Origin: a virus
Lineage: Duplodnaviria; Caudoviricetes
Virus record (IMG/VR): IMGVR_UViG_3300009031_000221
Location: 64,001-128,000 of that record
Reading direction: 5' to 3' (one strand)
DNA: 64,000 nucleotides
Below are positions 40,752 through 49,449 of the stretch, in pieces. Numbering within the stretch: the first letter of the stretch is position 1; each line of letters starts with the position of its first letter. Both the position numbers and the translations under genes were made by a program. The notes beneath the pieces were generated by a model. That model had not been told where the DNA came from, searched no databases, and saw only the letters and a list, made by a program, of their open reading frames with translations.

Positions 40752-42176
40752 CTACTTGTTGATGTTATCCCATACTGGCGTGCGGCCTCTAGGCTCTTGT
40801 TCCTTGGGCCATCCTGCCTTGTCCGTAATCATTGGAAGCTGATTATCAGGCCCCTCAGGATAAGGATTCGTGATAGGCTGTTCACCACTAATGAACGGGG
40901 GCGCAATCGGAAGGGAACCGTCCTGTGGAACAGGGGGCATGTAAGCATTCCCATATCGAGTCTGGGGCACGGTGTACTGATCCGTACCATCAATCGGAAC
41001 ACGATATCGAATGTCCACCTCATCCAGGTAGGCGATATTGAAATGCTGCTGAAGGACATTGCCTCGATTGGAAGGCCTGCGAACCGCCCCGATGCTGAAT
41101 CGTTCATTGTTCTGTTTGACGATGAAATCCCGCATGGTCACAATCGGGCTAGGAATCGTCCATACCTCATAGGTATGCTCCCGACGCCGACCCGTTGGCG
41201 TTTGCGATATCCTTTGTTCTGCATCATCCGGGGCAATCAAACAGTCATAGGGACCTTCATAACCCCCCACAAACCCTGTCCCGTAGCATGTCGTGCATCG
41301 GTTTGATGGTTGGTTGCTGTACTCCCGTGTCCGATCATCCAACTTGCAGGTGCAAGCAACACCGGATTGCTTACGGACAAATACCTTTACCGCCTCTCCA
41401 CCCTGTTGCAGAATCCAGTGGTTCCTTCGCACCGCTTCCCGCCAGATATAATCCAAGGTCTCGGTAGCGGCGGGCGTGATGGGCTGGCAGTAAACGAGAT
41501 CCGTTTCCCGATAGCCACTAGGAGTGGACGGATCCAATACCACGGTCGCCAATCGATAATGCAGTACCGTGCCTAGTCCAGTACGCACATGATTCCGATT
41601 GGCATAGTAGGAAACCTCTACTACGGTGTTCTCGTCCGGTATAGCGGCGCCCTCGAACTTCTCCGTTGCCTGATTCCACGTCGCCTGATTGATCAGCGTA
41701 ATTTCCCCAGACGGGCCAAATACATCGTGAACAGGTGTTTCCACCCCGTCAATGTACAATGTCACATCCGAAACGGCGTTGGCAGCCGTTGGGGTTTGGT
41801 ACGGTGCGTGTGCGATCTTCTTGACAATAGGGTGCTGTGTACGAAACTTCCAACGCCTATTATTTGGGAGGTGCCCCTTGGAATCCCATGCGGTATTCCA
41901 ATCCACCACTTCCCGTTCAATGAATAAATTCGCCGTGAAGTCCCGATAGAATGTGCCGCCTACAGGGAACTCATTGAGCCGGAAATAGGGGCCTCGATCG
42001 GACGCATCCGATCGATATACATTGACCCCTACTATCGTAAACAATGAGTTCCCTGCCAGCAATGCAGGATTATCCCAACGGATATCCAGGACACCCTGTA
42101 TGAAGGGCGATACCGCTTGCCCGTTTATTGGGGATAGCGGTTGACTTCCCGTCCCTGGATCCCATCCTTGACTCAT
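40752..42176 (-). CDS. Head-closure/neck protein with Zn-binding motif
   Basis: CTC...CTTCYGTGFVGGY motif and TVMRDFIV...RFSI-like C-terminal region, typical of myovirus neck proteins. Confidence 0.7.
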   Translation of the reverse strand: MSQGWDPGTGSQPLSPINGQAVSPFIQGVLDIRWDNPALLAGNSLFTIVGVNVYRSDASDRGPYFRLNEFPVGGTFYRDFTANLFIEREVVDWNTAWDSKGHLPNNRRWKFRTQHPIVKKIAHAPYQTPTAANAVSDVTLYIDGVETPVHDVFGPSGEITLINQATWNQATEKFEGAAIPDENTVVEVSYYANRNHVRTGLGTVLHYRLATVVLDPSTPSGYRETDLVYCQPITPAATETLDYIWREAVRRNHWILQQGGEAVKVFVRKQSGVACTCKLDDRTREYSNQPSNRCTTCYGTGFVGGYEGPYDCLIAPDDAEQRISQTPTGRRREHTYEVWTIPSPIVTMRDFIVKQNNERFSIGAVRRPSNRGNVLQQHFNIAYLDEVDIRYRVPIDGTDQYTVPQTRYGNAYMPPVPQDGSLPIAPPFISGEQPITNPYPEGPDNQLPMITDKAGWPKEQEPRGRTPVWDNINK

Positions 42177-42182
42177 ACTTCC

Positions 42183-42500
42183 TCACATACCAGGAGGAAT
42201 CCCCTGGCCCGGCACCAACCGAATGGTGCCATCAGGATTGACATGCCAAGGCTGGCCATCGGGAATCCCCAACCGCTTTCCGGCCTCCATCAGAATGGCC
42301 TGAGCCTGTTCTTCCAATGCGGACATACTGCTCAAGAGCCGTGCCTTCCGAATCTCCAGATTTCCAATCTCCATCGTGACTTGCGAACCACGCTGCCGCA
42401 AAGTGTTGATGGCCTGAACTTCTTGAGGAGTCAATGATTCGGCAGCCGAATCAAGTTCTTCATTTACTTCCGGAGGGGTATCCAAATTCGTATCTTCCAT
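42183..42500 (-). CDS. Small coiled-coil hypothetical protein
   Basis: 105 aa, heptad-like central helix, co-oriented with the operon. Confidence 0.65.
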   Translation of the reverse strand: MEDTNLDTPPEVNEELDSAAESLTPQEVQAINTLRQRGSQVTMEIGNLEIRKARLLSSMSALEEQAQAILMEAGKRLGIPDGQPWHVNPDGTIRLVPGQGIPPGM

Positions 42501-42508
42501 GTGTAGAC

Positions 42509-42706
42509 CTATTTTGCATAGAGTTTGATCAACGCCATTCCTTGTTGCCTAATTTGCACAAGGAACTGACCTAGCATTGTACCCTTGCGACTTTGCAAAA
42601 CGAGTCTTTTCGGCAATGAAATAGTACTTGGATGCTGAGTAAATGACCAATAGGTCGTGCCCTCATCATCAACATATTCGTAAACTCTAATGATTGGTCT
42701 TGTCAT
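42509..42706 (-). CDS. Small hypothetical protein
   Basis: Start re-called at MTRPIIRV (GGAG SD; ATGA overlap with the upstream stop). Confidence 0.6.
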   Translation of the reverse strand: MTRPIIRVYEYVDDEGTTYWSFTQHPSTISLPKRLVLQSRKGTMLGQFLVQIRQQGMALIKLYAK

Positions 42707-43239
42707 TGTGCCCACTCCGGTTTGGATTCCACGGAAGCTTTCAAAGGCCCGCGTAAAAGGGCATCCCGGTTGTGTACCAGGTATTGCCATTCCCGATGAT
42801 CCTTCTCCTCAGATGTCCCTGCATCCGGAGGGCGCTTCATCCAGTTCCGCTCCTCCGCAACTTGATCCAGGGTCTCTAGACGCCGAAGGATAACGATCTT
42901 CCGTATAGCTGCGACTTCCTTTACGGCATCATTCACCTGGGCCTGTTGCTCCTTTACATGGGCTGCCTGCTTGACAATGATATTTCGATCAGCATTTAAG
43001 GCTTGTTCAACTTCTACACGAGTTGTAGCGGTGACATCCTTGGGAATCAAAGGCACCTCCGGTTCTGTGACCGGAACTACCACCTCTCCGTAAATGGTCT
43101 TGTTTGATCCATCTACAGGCACTAGCCCCAAAGAGATCTCCGTAAATGCTTCCCGCTGTACTCTAGTTTCACTCGCGGGCTTGCCACACGCTAAACTGAT
43201 AAGAAGGATTGCAAGAAGTAATTCACTTCGATGCGCCAT
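42703..43239 (-). CDS. Putative lipoprotein (possible o-spanin-like)
   Basis: Start re-called at MAHRSELLLAILLISLAC (GGAGG SD): signal-peptide-like hydrophobic run ending in LAC. Confidence 0.5.
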   Translation of the reverse strand: MAHRSELLLAILLISLACGKPASETRVQREAFTEISLGLVPVDGSNKTIYGEVVVPVTEPEVPLIPKDVTATTRVEVEQALNADRNIIVKQAAHVKEQQAQVNDAVKEVAAIRKIVILRRLETLDQVAEERNWMKRPPDAGTSEEKDHREWQYLVHNRDALLRGPLKASVESKPEWAQ

Positions 43240-43483
43240 TGAGAAGCCTCCTGATTTCGCTGAGGTTGTCATTGGTAGCATTGAGAGTTGCCTCAAGCTT
43301 CGCCGTTGCCAAACCATTTGTATTGATGACATCCTTGAGGGCTAATGCATCCTTCACGTCTGTCTTAAGGCGCGAAATCTCCGTAGCTTGAACGGCTACC
43401 TGGGTTTGCATATTTGCACCCCAAATAACTAGAGGGATCACCATCACCGATAGAATCTTCCAACCCCACTCCAAGTACTTCAT
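43223..43483 (-). CDS. Membrane-anchored coiled-coil protein (possible i-spanin/holin-like)
   Basis: N-terminal TM segment (ILSVMVIPLVIWGA) followed by coiled coil; overlaps the lipoprotein gene by 17 nt. Confidence 0.5.
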   Translation of the reverse strand: MKYLEWGWKILSVMVIPLVIWGANMQTQVAVQATEISRLKTDVKDALALKDVINTNGLATAKLEATLNATNDNLSEIRRLLNGASK

Positions 43484-43577
43484 CCTATACCTCGCACAAG
43501 CGATCCGCTCTGTGAGAGAGTGGGTATAAGGAACCTACCCGATGAAAATAGGGGTACAGTTTCCCCGGAGGTCACAT

Positions 43578-44570
43578 ATGCTACCAGCCCGCCTGAAGAA
43601 GTTCGCCAACAAACCAATCAAAGTCCTGGATGACGGGCATGTTCAACTCATTTCCGTAATGGATGATGAACAAGGCATTATCGATGCGGCTCGAGTTAGC
43701 TACGGGGCGGGAACCAAACGAGCGATGGAAGACCGGGCACTTCTCCGATATTTACTCCGTCACGGGCATACGTCGCCATTTGAGATGATCGAAATCAAGT
43801 TCCGCGTCCGCGTCCCTATGGATTGTTGGCGACAATGGATTCGGCATCGGACTGCCAATGTGAATGAATATTCCACCCGATATTCAGAAGCGATCGATTC
43901 CACGTCTACCACGGAACCCTATGCTTGGCGCCTTCAGGCCAAGGACAACAAGCAAGGGTCAGCGGGGTTCATGGACACCTGGGTAGACGGGTTTGCCCGC
44001 CCCCCGACTGAAGCCGAAACGGGAGGCATCGATTTCCCCTTCGGTGGTTGGGTTGGCCAGGATTTCTACATCAGCCCTGGTAGCTACCTGAGCGAACGGG
44101 AAGCCGAACTTCACCGGATGGCACGAGAAGTCTACGATGAACGATTGAAGTTCGGCATCGCCCGCGAACAGGCACGCAAAGACCTCCCATTGTCAACCTA
44201 CACAGAGGCATATTGGAAATGCGATTTACATAATCTCCTCCACTTCCTGAAGCTTCGGCTTGACCCACACGCACAGCTAGAAATTCGGGTATACGCGGAA
44301 GCTATGGCTACTATCGTCAAGGCCTGGGTTCCTACTGTATGGGAGGCCTTCGAGGATTACTCCCTCAATGCAATGCAATTCTCCCGAATGGAATTGGAAG
44401 GGTTGGCGTGGATTCTCAGGGACAGCATTGCGGGATTTGACCCCCATTGTGTCCCATCCGATAAAGCGGTAGAATCCATGTTGACTGGCGCTATAAAATC
44501 ATCCGGTATCCCCAAAGGTCGGGAACAAACCGAATTCAAGGACAAGCTAATCAAGATCCTCAGGAAATAA
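43578..44570 (+). CDS. thyX: Flavin-dependent thymidylate synthase
   Basis: GHTSPFE, RHRTANVNEYSTRY signature, AREQARKDLP and AQLEIRVYA motifs; start re-called at 43578 (GGAGG SD). Confidence 0.95.
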   Translation: MLPARLKKFANKPIKVLDDGHVQLISVMDDEQGIIDAARVSYGAGTKRAMEDRALLRYLLRHGHTSPFEMIEIKFRVRVPMDCWRQWIRHRTANVNEYSTRYSEAIDSTSTTEPYAWRLQAKDNKQGSAGFMDTWVDGFARPPTEAETGGIDFPFGGWVGQDFYISPGSYLSEREAELHRMAREVYDERLKFGIAREQARKDLPLSTYTEAYWKCDLHNLLHFLKLRLDPHAQLEIRVYAEAMATIVKAWVPTVWEAFEDYSLNAMQFSRMELEGLAWILRDSIAGFDPHCVPSDKAVESMLTGAIKSSGIPKGREQTEFKDKLIKILRK

Positions 44571-44572
44571 TT

Positions 44573-44908
44573 ATGGAAATCGAACTCTACTACTATCGAA
44601 ACAATTCAGGTATGGTCGCGGTATCCGCCGACGAAGGGGACACTATCATCGTCCCTACAGGGAATGTTTTACCCCCTTCAGCAGCCTGGGAGGAAGTTCA
44701 GGAGGATTTGCGATCGGAATTGAATGCCGTGCAAGAAGCCTCCGTGAAACGATTCATAGAAAACTATGATGATTCCCCAGTGGCGGGTGTCGTTCGGAAA
44801 TTCGCCCGCAATCGTGCTATTCAAGAACGGCTCGATGGGATTGAACATGAACGGGTCTACCGCAAGTTGCCCGCAGATGTTCTTGTTGTCGTCGCAGAAT
44901 TCGACTAG
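44573..44908 (+). CDS. Hypothetical protein
   Basis: 111 aa, 2 nt after the thyX stop, AGGA SD. Confidence 0.7.
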   Translation: MEIELYYYRNNSGMVAVSADEGDTIIVPTGNVLPPSAAWEEVQEDLRSELNAVQEASVKRFIENYDDSPVAGVVRKFARNRAIQERLDGIEHERVYRKLPADVLVVVAEFD

Positions 44909-44916
44909 GAGTTTCC

Positions 44917-45138
44917 GTGGAAAACGTAAATCTGAAAGATCTGATGGGAGACGTGCCCTATCACACAGTTTCCCGCTTTGAACGGGAAGTGGAAGTGTAC
45001 AAGCAAAACCAGTATCCGAAATCCGAAGTAATACTCCACAACGAACATGTTCTCATTGAACGGATTGACATGGGTCCAAGCCACGTGTGGTCCGTCATGA
45101 ACATGAAGGGCTTGGATAAGCTTCGTTTGGGAAATTGA
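44917..45138 (+). CDS. Hypothetical protein
   Basis: 73 aa, GTG start with AGGAG SD. Confidence 0.65.
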   Translation: MENVNLKDLMGDVPYHTVSRFEREVEVYKQNQYPKSEVILHNEHVLIERIDMGPSHVWSVMNMKGLDKLRLGN

Positions 45139-45311
45139 CGGGCGGGCTAGCTATCATCGGGGCTTGCCACCAGGGCGTACCCCTCAACCGTCCCCACTCA
45201 CGCTACCGTCATCGCGAGCCCAATCCAGGGCCTGGGAGTGTTGTTTCCAGGTGACTAGCCTGATTCATCGTCGGGGTACCACCCCCAGACTAGGCGGTGT
45301 CACCCGCCGCC
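45137..45311 (-). ncRNA. Candidate structured non-coding RNA (~175 nt, unassigned class)
   Basis: Fills a 207-bp intergenic gap; predicted +1 of the conserved promoter is the first base of a 5'-3' closing stem (GGCGGCGGGU/GCCCGCCCGUC); several internal GC hairpins. Confidence 0.55.
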
Positions 45312-45317
45312 TCTCTA

Positions 45318-45345
45318 TCTACGCACTTGACAGGAGAAGTAAGTC
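45318..45345 (-). promoter_or_regulatory. Conserved phage promoter motif, copy 1
   Basis: GACTTACTT-N13-CGTAGA; identical elements and spacing to the copies at 49759 and 50096. Confidence 0.65.
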
Positions 45346-45921
45346 ATGCCTGTTCGTGTTATTGGCCCCAAGGATGCCACCACCGAAGATGAACTGGTCA
45401 TCAACACCACGTCCAGATCAAAGAACTGGTCGCAAGGTTTGAGCCCCTTCTTCCTCGGGCCTATCCCTCTATATGTTGGTGCCGTCGTACCTACCGCTAC
45501 CAATATGGAGAACGCTTGGCAATATGCCAAGGTCTATCCAGAGCAACTTACATGGGAAGGATTGCCAACAGAATCCTACTTCGCCTGGGCCAAAGCTGGA
45601 TGGTCAGACCCTCGAGCACAACGGTATCCGAAAGGCAAAGGCCGTGTCCCTGCATTCACATGGTGGGCGGGTGAAAAGTTGGATTACGTCACGGCACGGA
45701 AACGAATCTACTTCCCCCTGTACGCCCACGCCGTCGCATCTACGCCTGCATTTGCTCAACTGCGGGCGCTCTACCGACAAACCGGTCAAGTGACCCTGTG
45801 GGACTTCGACGGGTATGATCATACGGCATTAGGGATGACCATGAAGGATGTCCTGAATGAACCCAAACGAAAGATGGGTCATGCCTTTGTAATCGCACAC
45901 CTGTTGGAGTCGTTGAAATGA
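45346..45921 (+). CDS. DUF6939-like protein, possibly NADAR-related ADP-ribose hydrolase
   Basis: LSPF, MENAWQYAKV (compare NADAR E-x-x-Y-Q-x-x-K), LDYVTARKRIYFPLY and GHA motifs; ATGA-coupled to the ARH gene. Confidence 0.55.
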   Translation: MPVRVIGPKDATTEDELVINTTSRSKNWSQGLSPFFLGPIPLYVGAVVPTATNMENAWQYAKVYPEQLTWEGLPTESYFAWAKAGWSDPRAQRYPKGKGRVPAFTWWAGEKLDYVTARKRIYFPLYAHAVASTPAFAQLRALYRQTGQVTLWDFDGYDHTALGMTMKDVLNEPKRKMGHAFVIAHLLESLK

Positions 45922-46880
45922 CTTATACCATTGATCAGAAATCGCGCCGCTGGGGAGCATTGTTTGGACAAGCCATTGGAGATTCTTTAGGAATCCGGGA
46001 TGAATTCCTGCACCCATCTGTCATCGCGAAGGCAGGCCGGGATCGCCTTCAATATGTACCGTCATCTCGAAATGGAGATTCGGAATTCCAAGCCGGAGAA
46101 TGGTCAGATGACACCGAGCAAGCATTGTGCCTATTGCAAAGTTACGTCGATGACCGTGAAATAGTCCCCACCACTGTTGCCAAACACCTATTGGACTGGC
46201 TAGAACGAGATGGTCGTGGATGTGGGTCGCACACCCTGATGATGCTGAATGACCCCGTGTTTTCCCTAAATCCCATTGCTTGTTCCCAGGACGCTTGGGA
46301 GAGATCAGGGCAACACTCCGCAGCTAATGGTGCGGTCATGCGTGTTAGTGTCATCGGCACCCTGCGACCAAATGACTTGGATTGGACTGAAAAAGCCGCT
46401 GCCACATCAGCCCGGATCACGCACTACGATCCTCGTTGTGTTGCATCATCCGTCGCAGTAGCTATTGCTATCGCAATGTTGATTCAAGGGCATACCATTC
46501 AAGATGCGATCAAAGAAGCAGGGATTCGGGCATCTGCCATTCACCCCGAATCTATCAAATACATGAATATGTCATTAGAAGAAATGAATTTGTCTGAAGG
46601 GTTGATCCCTGGTAAATGGAACATGAAGTCCAAGATTGGCTATACCTACAAGACCTTGGGTGCGGGTTTCTGGGCATTGCGTAATCTAACGGAAACCAAG
46701 GATTTCGGCAAAAGCCTTGACCCCATTCTTGCCGCCGGCGGCGATGTGGATACCAATGCGGCGGTTGCTGGCGCACTACTTGGGGCGGCATTAGGGTTGA
46801 CTCAGATGCCTCCATACCTCATCCAGGGTATCCGGGAGCATGATAAACTCATGACATTGGCAAAACAGGCTTGGGCATGA
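45918..46880 (+). CDS. ADP-ribosylglycohydrolase (DraG/ARH family)
   Basis: GALFGQAIGDSLG, WSDDT, ANGAVMR and GGDVDTNAAVAGALLGA motifs are intact. Confidence 0.92.
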   Translation: MTYTIDQKSRRWGALFGQAIGDSLGIRDEFLHPSVIAKAGRDRLQYVPSSRNGDSEFQAGEWSDDTEQALCLLQSYVDDREIVPTTVAKHLLDWLERDGRGCGSHTLMMLNDPVFSLNPIACSQDAWERSGQHSAANGAVMRVSVIGTLRPNDLDWTEKAAATSARITHYDPRCVASSVAVAIAIAMLIQGHTIQDAIKEAGIRASAIHPESIKYMNMSLEEMNLSEGLIPGKWNMKSKIGYTYKTLGAGFWALRNLTETKDFGKSLDPILAAGGDVDTNAAVAGALLGAALGLTQMPPYLIQGIREHDKLMTLAKQAWA

Positions 46881-47281
46881 ATCGGCGATACCGCAAACCT
46901 CGGGATCCTAACAAACCCCCGGATCTTCGAGTTTGGTGGGTGTACGTTATACAGTCCCTTGAAACCCGATTCGGAAAACGTGGGAATCAACTACCAGGAT
47001 TCCACTATGTCGGGTGCACTACAGAACCTTCACGCCGCATTCGAATGCACAACGGGGAGATTGCAGGCGGAGGGCGCTATACCTCCATGCATCAACCCTG
47101 GGTGCCCCGGGCGCTATTCGGACCCTACACCGGGCAATCGGAAGCATTGAAGGCTGAGCGGGCATTGAAGCACGGCAAACGGGGAACTGACCGAGTCCAG
47201 TGGAAGCCGGAAGATTCCCCCTGGTGCCGTGGGGAAGGCCCGAATCATCCGTGGGTTTTAGACCCTACGTGGAAAGCCTAG
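46877..47281 (+). CDS. SLX1-like GIY-YIG endonuclease
   Basis: VYVIQS...HYVGCTTEPSRRIRMHNGEIAGGGRYT...PW...ALKAE; ATGA overlap start at 46877. Confidence 0.85.
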   Translation: MNRRYRKPRDPNKPPDLRVWWVYVIQSLETRFGKRGNQLPGFHYVGCTTEPSRRIRMHNGEIAGGGRYTSMHQPWVPRALFGPYTGQSEALKAERALKHGKRGTDRVQWKPEDSPWCRGEGPNHPWVLDPTWKA

Positions 47282-49077
47282 TCCTTCGGGACTTCCTGAA
47301 ACACCCGTGCGGCTGCTTGCTTCTTGGCTTCCTTCTTATTCGCCACGGGCATAGAAGTCAACCACTGGCGCTTCCCCTGAATTTGAACCGTGCATGTGCA
47401 TGAGAACAATGGCGCATGTTCAGGCCCGCCCTCACGAGAAAACGTGTACTCCGGCAAAGGGATGGACATCTTCTGGGTGTACTCCTGCAACATGACTACC
47501 GGATCCCCCTTAGGGACGGATGGTTGCAACCCTACATCCACGGGCAAATCCTCTTCATACTCCGCGAACCACGGAATTGGGGATGCTACGTTCGCAATAC
47601 GAGACAAAAGGACAACGACAGCCTTCTGCCGAACTTCCTTGATTGCATTTGCCTGAACCCATCCCCCTTTGACTTCCACCCCACCCTTCAACGTGACCTT
47701 CGCCTGGGTAGAAAATACGGGGGCATGATCCGGCCCTGACCGGTGGGTCTTGTAGGTCACTTCAGACCACCCTGCCAAATTCATTGCCACGGATGCAATA
47801 CTGGTTGCCTTGTACAGGTTGTTGGCCACATTATGGACAATTGCCTCCTGAACCCACCGCCATGCCAGGGAATCATGAGGCGTTTCCAACAACAAGTAGT
47901 ACATGTCCAACAATGTTAACCGATCATCACGGATCCGTTCCCGCAATGATTGTCCCAACTTGTCGGACAACTGATTGGATCGAACACTTGTCTTGATGAC
48001 GCGCTCGAATTGAATGGGGCTCAGCTTGTTCAGGTTGCCGGAATCCAAAGCTTGCGTTGCTTCCTTGACTGCACGTTCCTTGAAGAAGTCCGTGGTATCT
48101 TCTTTGTCCGCAGCAATCTTGGCATTGATGTGTTCGGCAATCGCGACAATATCTTCCCGTGTGTGCGGCAATTTATCGCCCTTGAAGAATGCTTTGATTT
48201 GGCGTTGATTCACCAAGTCCGCATATCGACGAATAGGCGAAGTGGCATGCATGTAGGCAGGAAGATTGAGCCCGTAATGCCCTTCCAAAGTTGCCCCATA
48301 CTCTGCCTGCCGCATCGTCATACCCAGGCGCTGACGCAATGCGTCGATTCCGGCGTCAGGGTACTTGAGTGCCATTTCCAGTTGCGACAGCACCTCCATA
48401 CGAGGTGGGGCATGTGCCTTTACCGTATGGTTGCGAAACAGGATAGGGATCTCATAATGAGAGCATAGCCGTGCCAACTCCGCATTGGCGAGAACCATCA
48501 ATTCCTGAACGATGACATATCCAATAGTTTCCTGGATATCCGGCAGATGCCGAAGTTGCCCTTCCTCAGTCGTCACCCAACCATTGGTTAGGTCATAAAG
48601 AGCAAGCGCACCCGCTGACCGCCGGCGTGCCATCAACCCATCAGCCAACCGTGCCATGTTGGATAACCCCACATGGAGGTCATGTCCCGGGCTATTCAGA
48701 ATGCCCGGGACATCGCCAAAGGACAGCCTAGCTGCACTGCTAAATGGTTCAAACGTGACAATGGGAAAAGTGACAGGTTCCAAGTTTCCGTTCAGTACGG
48801 TGCGGATGACCATTCCTTGCCGAGGCTGACCCTCGTGCAAGGATAGCAATTCATCGGACAACTTCCTGGGAAGCATGGGAGCGTTGCCGGATGCAAAGTA
48901 CCTGGTAGCAATCCGATTGGACGCCATATCGTCAAGGAAACTGCCCTTAGGGACGTCGTTCGTGACGTTGGCTATGACTATGGTAACCGCCCATCCAACG
49001 CCATTGCGTTCGACCCAGATAGCGTCATCGAGGTCTTGCGAATGTGCTGCGTCAATGGTGATTGCATGTATAGTCAT
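47278..49077 (-). CDS. RNase II/R catalytic (RNB) domain fused to two C-terminal dsRNA-binding domains
   Basis: TIDAAHSQDLDDAI, VQELMVLAN and HYGL...HATSPIRRYADL RNB motifs; two dsRBD-like units (SGPDHAPVF...KEVRQKA; DPVVMLQEY...GGPEHAPLF...NKKEAKKQAA). Confidence 0.88.
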   Translation of the reverse strand: MTIHAITIDAAHSQDLDDAIWVERNGVGWAVTIVIANVTNDVPKGSFLDDMASNRIATRYFASGNAPMLPRKLSDELLSLHEGQPRQGMVIRTVLNGNLEPVTFPIVTFEPFSSAARLSFGDVPGILNSPGHDLHVGLSNMARLADGLMARRRSAGALALYDLTNGWVTTEEGQLRHLPDIQETIGYVIVQELMVLANAELARLCSHYEIPILFRNHTVKAHAPPRMEVLSQLEMALKYPDAGIDALRQRLGMTMRQAEYGATLEGHYGLNLPAYMHATSPIRRYADLVNQRQIKAFFKGDKLPHTREDIVAIAEHINAKIAADKEDTTDFFKERAVKEATQALDSGNLNKLSPIQFERVIKTSVRSNQLSDKLGQSLRERIRDDRLTLLDMYYLLLETPHDSLAWRWVQEAIVHNVANNLYKATSIASVAMNLAGWSEVTYKTHRSGPDHAPVFSTQAKVTLKGGVEVKGGWVQANAIKEVRQKAVVVLLSRIANVASPIPWFAEYEEDLPVDVGLQPSVPKGDPVVMLQEYTQKMSIPLPEYTFSREGGPEHAPLFSCTCTVQIQGKRQWLTSMPVANKKEAKKQAAARVFQEVPKD

Positions 49078-49089
49078 ATCCCGGCACTC

Positions 49090-49449
49090 CTAGATGAACT
49101 GGTGCCAGATATACCCAATTCCGACGAGTGCCAGCGATGCCAAGATGCTCGCCAGGATTGCGCCGCAGGAATCGCCCATCTGCTCCAGGAAGGTACGAGT
49201 CTCCTTCTCCTCCCCCTTGACGAGCTTCTTGATCTTCTCAAGCCCGAAGAAAATGCCCATGAGGAACGGACCACTGGCCAGGATGAGCCCGATCCCCTGC
49301 ATCGGGGAAATCGCAGGGACGGCGGGGAATGCCGTGATGACGAACCAGCACCACATCTTCGCCAACGCCCAGCCGTTGACCACGGACGACAGCACGCCAA
49401 AGGCCATAGTGAAAACAAACGCCGCCAAACCAACGAAAAACTTGTTCAT
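49090..49449 (-). CDS. Small multi-pass membrane protein
   Basis: 119 aa with about three hydrophobic segments; ATGA overlap with the upstream gene. Confidence 0.7.
   Translation of the reverse strand: MNKFFVGLAAFVFTMAFGVLSSVVNGWALAKMWCWFVITAFPAVPAISPMQGIGLILASGPFLMGIFFGLEKIKKLVKGEEKETRTFLEQMGDSCGAILASILASLALVGIGYIWHQFI

Noticed and set aside
138-43391. Numerous plus-strand ORFs of 60-295 aa in the track
   Set aside because: They are antisense shadows of long minus-strand structural genes, with no SD or recognisable motifs.
43531-43560. Possible fifth copy of the conserved promoter upstream of thyX (AACCTACCC...GGTACA)
   Set aside because: Too many mismatches in both boxes and a 12-nt spacer; left uncalled.
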